From Bacillota bacterium (lineage in GTDB: Bacteria; Bacillota; DTU065), in contig JAQVYS010000003.1 in the NCBI GenBank assembly GCA_028708605.1, positions 2,436-66,435 on the forward strand: a stretch of DNA of 64,000 nucleotides. The letters run 5' to 3'. Below are positions 59,092 to 64,000 of the stretch, piece after piece; position 1 is the first letter of the stretch; each line of letters begins with the position of its first letter. The notes under the pieces were generated by a model, which saw nothing but the letters and a program-made list of their open reading frames with translations, was not told the origin of the DNA and made no database searches. A program made the position numbers and the translations under genes.

Positions 59092-60007
59092 AATAAGCAA
59101 TAGTGATTTGTACTTAAGAATTATCTCTTTAGTAGTTGCGATAATCTTTTGGTTGTTTGCTAAACAAAATATGCAAATCCCAAATATAACTCAGAGGCAG
59201 CAGTATCAGAAGGTTATGAAAAAGGTTGTTTTTACAGATATTGCTGAGGGCATTATTTTAACCTCTGAAGTTCCAGAGGTGTTTTTGGAGATTTCTGGAC
59301 CTTTTTGGGAGTTAACGCAAAATCAAGATCAGATTGTAGTCTACGCCAGTTTAAAAAACAGACGTGCAGGTAGGCACAGCGTGGATGTTGAAGTTAGAGT
59401 CCCAGAAGGTGTTAATATTATTCAATATTATCCAGAAGCAATTGATATTCGTCTTGAAGGTTTAAGAAATAGAGAATTAAGCGTCAGCCCCATATCGCTT
59501 GGAAGCTTATCTAGTGGACAGGAACTAAAAAATATTACAATTACTCCTGATCAAGTTACTATTTACGGACCTGATTCATTAGTAAACACAGCTTCTATTG
59601 CTACTGTAACTCTTGATCTATCTGATATAGAAAAAGGGCAGCACCAGCTTAATTTACCTATCCAAATAAGAGCGCGAGACGGATCAAACATAAGTGGCTT
59701 AAACTTAGACCCTACACAGGCTCAAGTAAACTTCGATATTCTCGAACAAGCAGTGCGCACCGTTCCAGTAGTTTTGGATATGTTAACCGAAGAACTTGAT
59801 TTTGAGAATCTAGAGATTACAATAACTCCTGACGAGGTATCTGTTGTAGGAAACTCAAAAATTGAGGCTATCTCCTCAGAACAGTTCATGGTAGAAGAAA
59901 TACCTTTTATAGGTGAGGTAGAATTAGTTACACCTCCTGATAGTGAGATCTGGCCGAAAAATGTAGAGGTCAGTATCGAAGAAATTATAAAGGAGGAGGA
60001 GGAATGA
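59081..60007 (+). CDS. cdaR: CdaA regulator CdaR (YbbR-domain protein)
   Basis: N-terminal TM segment plus YbbR-like repeats; GTG at 59081 after GGGAGGG; position in the operon. Confidence 0.8.
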   Translation: MKIRISNSDLYLRIISLVVAIIFWLFAKQNMQIPNITQRQQYQKVMKKVVFTDIAEGIILTSEVPEVFLEISGPFWELTQNQDQIVVYASLKNRRAGRHSVDVEVRVPEGVNIIQYYPEAIDIRLEGLRNRELSVSPISLGSLSSGQELKNITITPDQVTIYGPDSLVNTASIATVTLDLSDIEKGQHQLNLPIQIRARDGSNISGLNLDPTQAQVNFDILEQAVRTVPVVLDMLTEELDFENLEITITPDEVSVVGNSKIEAISSEQFMVEEIPFIGEVELVTPPDSEIWPKNVEVSIEEIIKEEEE

Positions 60008-61374
60008 AGATGCCCAACTTTTTTGGAACAGATGGAGTTAGAGGAGTTGCAAATAAAGAGCTTACACCTGAGATCGCCTTTAGACTTGGCCGCGTAGTTG
60101 GCTACCTTGCAGTAAAAGAAGGTCAAGGGAAGGTATTAATTGGAAGAGACACGAGGATTTCTGGACAGATGTTTAAGGCCGCCCTAATAGCTGGGTTAAC
60201 TAGCTCAGGCGCTGATTGTTATGATTTAGGGATCATTCCCACTCCTGCTGTCGCCTTTATCTGTAGGAAGTTAGATGCAGACTATGGCGCAGTAATTTCG
60301 GCTTCTCACAACCCATACGACGACAACGGCATTAAGTTCTTTGACAAAGATGGCTTTAAGCTCACAGACGAGCATGAGGGTAAAATTGCCTCTTATATTG
60401 TGAGTAGCGACGGAGACTCATTAGAAGACAAGTTACCAGTTCCAGTTGCAGATGATATCGGCACAGTCTATGAGGTAAATGATGCGGAGAGTCTGTATAT
60501 TGACTTTATTTTAGAGACTGTAGATTATTCTTTAGAGGGGTACAAGATTGTAGTCGACTGTGCCAATGGTGCTAGTTATAAAGTTGCACCAAAGGTCTAC
60601 GAGAGTCTAGGCGCTAAGCTAGTCTTAATTAATACAGATCCAGACGGCACAAACATTAATCGCAGTTGTGGTTCAACCCATCCTGAACAGCTTCAAGAGG
60701 CTGTACTTAGAAGCAATGCTCATCTAGGTATAGCTCATGACGGCGATGCTGATCGGGTGATCTTTGTTGATGAAAAAGGTGAGATCATAGACGGTGATAG
60801 GCAATTAGCAATTATGGCACTTTATCTACTAAAAGAAAATCGCTTGCCAGGAAAAGCTATTGCAGCAACTGTCTACTCAAACCTAGGGTTAAAAGATAGC
60901 CTTGCACGCTTTGGCGGTTCGGTCCATTTTACCAGTAACGGTGACCGTTATGTGCTAAAAGAAATGATAGAACGTGGACTGATTCTAGGTGGCGAACAAT
61001 CAGGTCATATCATTCACCTAAACTATAATTCTACAGGTGATGGTATCTTATCTGCAGTAAGACTCCTAGAGGTTGTGGTTAAAGAGAAGACCCCACTGTC
61101 TGAGCTTGCAGCACAGATGCCGACCTTTCCTCAGCTTTTAGTTAATGTCAAGGTTAAAGATAAGATGAAGGTTATGGAATCAGAGATTGTAATGGATGCT
61201 GTGAAAAAGGCTCAAGAAGAGATCGGCAGAGAAGGACGCTTGTATGTTAGACCATCAGGTACGGAGCCTCTGATTAGAATTATGGGAGAAGCTAGAGATA
61301 TCACTGTAGTCCGTAGGATTGTCAATGAAGTTGCAGCAGCTGTTGCTTTAGTTGATAAAGAAGACTTAGATTAA
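60004..61374 (+). CDS. glmM: Phosphoglucosamine mutase
   Basis: FGTDGVRG and SASHNPYDDNGIKF active-site motifs; ATGA overlap with the cdaR stop. Confidence 0.95.
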   Translation: MKMPNFFGTDGVRGVANKELTPEIAFRLGRVVGYLAVKEGQGKVLIGRDTRISGQMFKAALIAGLTSSGADCYDLGIIPTPAVAFICRKLDADYGAVISASHNPYDDNGIKFFDKDGFKLTDEHEGKIASYIVSSDGDSLEDKLPVPVADDIGTVYEVNDAESLYIDFILETVDYSLEGYKIVVDCANGASYKVAPKVYESLGAKLVLINTDPDGTNINRSCGSTHPEQLQEAVLRSNAHLGIAHDGDADRVIFVDEKGEIIDGDRQLAIMALYLLKENRLPGKAIAATVYSNLGLKDSLARFGGSVHFTSNGDRYVLKEMIERGLILGGEQSGHIIHLNYNSTGDGILSAVRLLEVVVKEKTPLSELAAQMPTFPQLLVNVKVKDKMKVMESEIVMDAVKKAQEEIGREGRLYVRPSGTEPLIRIMGEARDITVVRRIVNEVAAAVALVDKEDLD

Positions 61375-61379
61375 ACTGT

Positions 61380-61407
61380 AGCAGGCAGCAATGCCTGCTG
61401 GTTTTAT
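61380..61407 (+). terminator. glmM terminator
   Basis: AGCAGGCA-gcaa-TGCCTGCT followed by GGTTTTA. Confidence 0.65.
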
Positions 61408-61436
61408 AATGGCAATTTAGTTAAGGAGGAATAGCA

Positions 61437-61826
61437 TTGGCTATTCTAGGATTAGGCGTTGATTTAGTGGAAGTTGAAAGATTTGAGAGTGTAAGTAAGC
61501 GGTTTTTAGAGCGAGTTTACACAAAAGACGAGTTAAGCTATGCATTTAAAAATAAATTCCCTGCCCAAAGCCTTGCTGCTCGTTTTGCAGCAAAAGAGGC
61601 AGTAATAAAGGCCTTTGGCTGGAGACTTTTTGGACAGGAACTTAAAGAAATCGCTGTTAAAAAAGACAAGGTAGGCAAACCTTTGATAGAACTTACAGGT
61701 AAAGCTAGATCTAAAGCAAATCTTTGTGGGGCAAAAAAAATCCTTCTTAGTTTTACACATACAAAAACGATGGCCCTTGCAGAGGTTATTGTACTTGGTG
61801 GTGAAAAAGATGAAACTAGTCTCTAA
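61437..61826 (+). CDS. acpS: Holo-[acyl-carrier-protein] synthase
   Basis: ILGLGVDLVEVERF N-terminus, 129 aa; TTG start after AAGGAGG. Confidence 0.85.
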   Translation: MAILGLGVDLVEVERFESVSKRFLERVYTKDELSYAFKNKFPAQSLAARFAAKEAVIKAFGWRLFGQELKEIAVKKDKVGKPLIELTGKARSKANLCGAKKILLSFTHTKTMALAEVIVLGGEKDETSL

Positions 61827-63315
61827 AGTAAAGATGCAAGAGATAGACTTAAAAGCCCAAGAGGACTACGGTATACCTGGGTTGGTATTAATGGAGCAAG
61901 CTGGCCAAAAGGCTACGGCTTTTTTATTAGAAAGTTTTGGAAAAGGGGCTTGTTATGTAGTTTTGGCGGGAAGTGGCAAAAATGGTGGAGATGCGCTTGT
62001 GGTATCTCGAGGTTTATTGCTATCTGGGGCAAAAGTCTGGACCTATCTTATAGGAGATCAGGACAAGCTTGCCGAACCAACTAAAATAAACTTAAGGATC
62101 TACGAAAAACTAGGTGGAAAAGTACAAAAGATCACGAAGATGAACAAGGATTTAGAGGCTATTTTTGAGTTTTGCGACGTTGTCGTAGATGGACTTGTGG
62201 GAATTGGCATACAAGGAGACCTAAAGGAGCCTTATCTTACTGTCGCTCGGCTTTTAAACAAAGCAGACGCAACTGTAGTTGCGTTAGATGTTCCAACTGG
62301 TATCGATGCAACTGACGGCAAGATACTTAAAAGCGCTATCGAGGCAGACTATACGATAACTTTTGGTCTACCAAAACTTGGTCTATATCTTTACCCAGGA
62401 GCAGATTATGTTGGAGAGGTTATTGTAGAAGCATTATCCTTTCCACCAAAGCTTTTAAATGATCCGGCTATCTTGTCTCACCTTACAGACGTAGATGAGC
62501 TAAAGGGTCTTCAAAGACCAGAAAACAGCCATAAAGGTAGCTTTGGAAAAGGGCTTCTAGTTGCTGGCTCCTATGGCATGGCAGGAGCTGCAGCTTTTAC
62601 TGGAAAAGCTGCTTTAACGGCAGGAGCAGGTTTAATCCAAGCTTTAGCTTCAAGAGATATAGCAGCTATCTTGCAGGTGTTAGTGCCAGAGATGACGATA
62701 AAAGATTCTAGCCTTAACTTTGATATATCTGAATATAGCTGTCTAATGATTGGTCCTGGAATGGGAGTTACAGAAGAAAATGCAGCTCTTCTAAAAAAGA
62801 TAATCTCTGATGCAAAAGAAGCAGATATCCCCCTGGTTTTAGATGCAGATGCGCTTAGCTTGACAGCAAAATATAAGCTTTTAACAAGAAATAACCATGG
62901 ACCTGTGATACTTACGCCGCATCCAGGTGAAATGAGTAGGCTTACCGCTTTGGATATAGAGACTATTCTCCAAAACCGCATGTCTATAGCGCTATCTTTA
63001 GCAAAGAATCTTGATGCAGTGGTAGTTTTAAAAGGAGCGCATACAGTAATCGCCTTAAGTGATGGAAGCATTTATATCAACCCTACAGGAAATGCAGGAA
63101 TGGCAACTGCCGGTTCTGGCGATGTTTTAACTGGTGTTATTGGTGGACTATTGCTTCAAGGTCTTTCACCAAAAGATGCCGCTGTAGGAGGCGTTTACTT
63201 ACACGGCTTAGCAGGTGATCTAGCTAAAGAAGCTGTGGGTGCACGTTCAATTATTGCAAGTGATCTTATTGAGTATTTGCCTGATGCATTAAAATCGGTT
63301 TATGGAATAAACTAA
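61810..63315 (+). CDS. nnr: Bifunctional NAD(P)H-hydrate repair enzyme Nnr (YjeF-N epimerase plus carbohydrate-kinase-like dehydratase)
   Basis: YjeF-N (VLAGSGKNGGDALV) and C-terminal GSGDVLTG motifs; ATG at 61810 overlaps the acpS 3' end. Confidence 0.85.
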   Translation: MKLVSKVKMQEIDLKAQEDYGIPGLVLMEQAGQKATAFLLESFGKGACYVVLAGSGKNGGDALVVSRGLLLSGAKVWTYLIGDQDKLAEPTKINLRIYEKLGGKVQKITKMNKDLEAIFEFCDVVVDGLVGIGIQGDLKEPYLTVARLLNKADATVVALDVPTGIDATDGKILKSAIEADYTITFGLPKLGLYLYPGADYVGEVIVEALSFPPKLLNDPAILSHLTDVDELKGLQRPENSHKGSFGKGLLVAGSYGMAGAAAFTGKAALTAGAGLIQALASRDIAAILQVLVPEMTIKDSSLNFDISEYSCLMIGPGMGVTEENAALLKKIISDAKEADIPLVLDADALSLTAKYKLLTRNNHGPVILTPHPGEMSRLTALDIETILQNRMSIALSLAKNLDAVVVLKGAHTVIALSDGSIYINPTGNAGMATAGSGDVLTGVIGGLLLQGLSPKDAAVGGVYLHGLAGDLAKEAVGARSIIASDLIEYLPDALKSVYGIN

Positions 63316-63337
63316 CGAGATTTTGGCTGGTGATAAA

Positions 63338-64000
63338 ATGGAAGACTTAAGAGCCTGGATCGAAGTCGATCTAAGTGCTATTATTGCTAATTTAAAATTA
63401 ATACAACAGATGAACCCCGAAATCGGGATTATGGCTGTGATTAAAGCTAATGCCTATGGTCTAGGTGCAATACCAGTTGCAAAGACAGTTATTTCCCATG
63501 GAGCAAGTTGGCTTGGCGTTGCACTTGTAGAAGAAGGCATTGCTTTAAGAGAAGCAGGCATAGCTGCGCCTATTCTTGTTTTGGGTGTAGTGCCTAATAC
63601 ACAAGTTCCCCTTGCTGTGAGGTGGAATCTCTCAGTAGCTTTTACGGATTATAGTGGGGCAGAAGTTTTGGCAGAAGCTGGCAGAAGTCTTGGTAAAACT
63701 GCATCAGGACAGCTAAAGGTTGATACAGGTATGCATAGACTGGGAGTTAAGCCAGACAAAGTTAAAGAGGTCCTAGAAAAAAGCCGAAGGCTAAAAGGAC
63801 TAAAGGTTGATGGTATCTTTACGCATCTTGCAACCGCTGACCTTTCAGACGATAGCGAAGCTAGAAAACAAGTAGAGACTATGAAGATGCTCCGTCAGGA
63901 ACTTGGGAAAGACTGCCCAAGATTAGTCCATTGGTCTAATAGTAGCGGTTTGTTAAAGCTTGCTAAAGGCAGTAGTTTTATCAGAGCTGGAATTGCTCTA
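63338..64000 (+). CDS. alr: Alanine racemase (5' partial, runs off the window)
   Basis: AVIKANAYGLG PLP-lysine motif, 11 aa after the N-terminus; no stop before the window end. Confidence 0.85.
   Translation, partial: MEDLRAWIEVDLSAIIANLKLIQQMNPEIGIMAVIKANAYGLGAIPVAKTVISHGASWLGVALVEEGIALREAGIAAPILVLGVVPNTQVPLAVRWNLSVAFTDYSGAEVLAEAGRSLGKTASGQLKVDTGMHRLGVKPDKVKEVLEKSRRLKGLKVDGIFTHLATADLSDDSEARKQVETMKMLRQELGKDCPRLVHWSNSSGLLKLAKGSSFIRAGIAL

Overview
This 64 kb window reads as the chromosome of a low-GC, endospore-forming Firmicute with a Clostridia/Bacillus-type backbone. It is almost entirely housekeeping and sporulation core, and gene order closely follows the B. subtilis comE-dnaK-phoH and queA-secDF-relA-hisS/aspS blocks. 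From 5' to 3': comEA-comEC-holA, rpsT, gpr-spoIIP, lepA-hemW-hrcA-grpE-dnaK-dnaJ-prmA-rsmE-mtaB, HIT, rpsU. Then an ECF sigma (SigW-like) with a ZAS anti-sigma (RsiW-like), fused directly to nfeD-floA-yqfB. Then yqfC-yqfD-phoH-pgpH-ybeY-dgkA-cdd, queA-tgt-yajC-secD-secF, recJ-apt-relA-dtd, an MBL hydrolase, a HemZ-like radical-SAM enzyme, a membrane parvulin, hisS-aspS, a candidate 6S RNA, tcdA, a Na+/solute symporter, a small convergent secreted-esterase/beta-propeller island, cdaA-cdaR-glmM, acpS, nnr and the start of alr. I found no rRNA, tRNA, CRISPR array or mobile element. Supported regulatory elements are a perfect CIRCE operator upstream of hrcA, a consensus sigma-W-type promoter upstream of the ECF sigma gene, several sigma-A-like promoters, and about a dozen rho-independent terminators. 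The most unusual items are these: (1) a 632-aa LeuRS paralog at the 5' edge that keeps the anticodon-binding and C-terminal tRNA-binding domains but has degenerate HIGH (HMGY) and KMSKS (KMEGS) motifs and lacks the ~200-aa CP1 editing domain, so it is a putative non-catalytic pseudo-synthetase. (2) A secreted ADP-ribosylglycohydrolase-family protein with a C-terminal beta-sandwich module, inserted in opposite orientation between holA and rpsT, with a terminator-like hairpin in its leader and a G7 tract at its RBS. (3) A physical fusion of sigW-rsiW with its membrane-stress effector operon nfeD-floA-yqfB, including a uORF coupled to the anti-sigma start. (4) A DgkA-PAP2 fusion. (5) A 6S-RNA-like structured RNA between aspS and tcdA. 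Nothing here looks like a defence island. The novelty candidates are single genes or regulatory RNAs embedded in conserved synteny.
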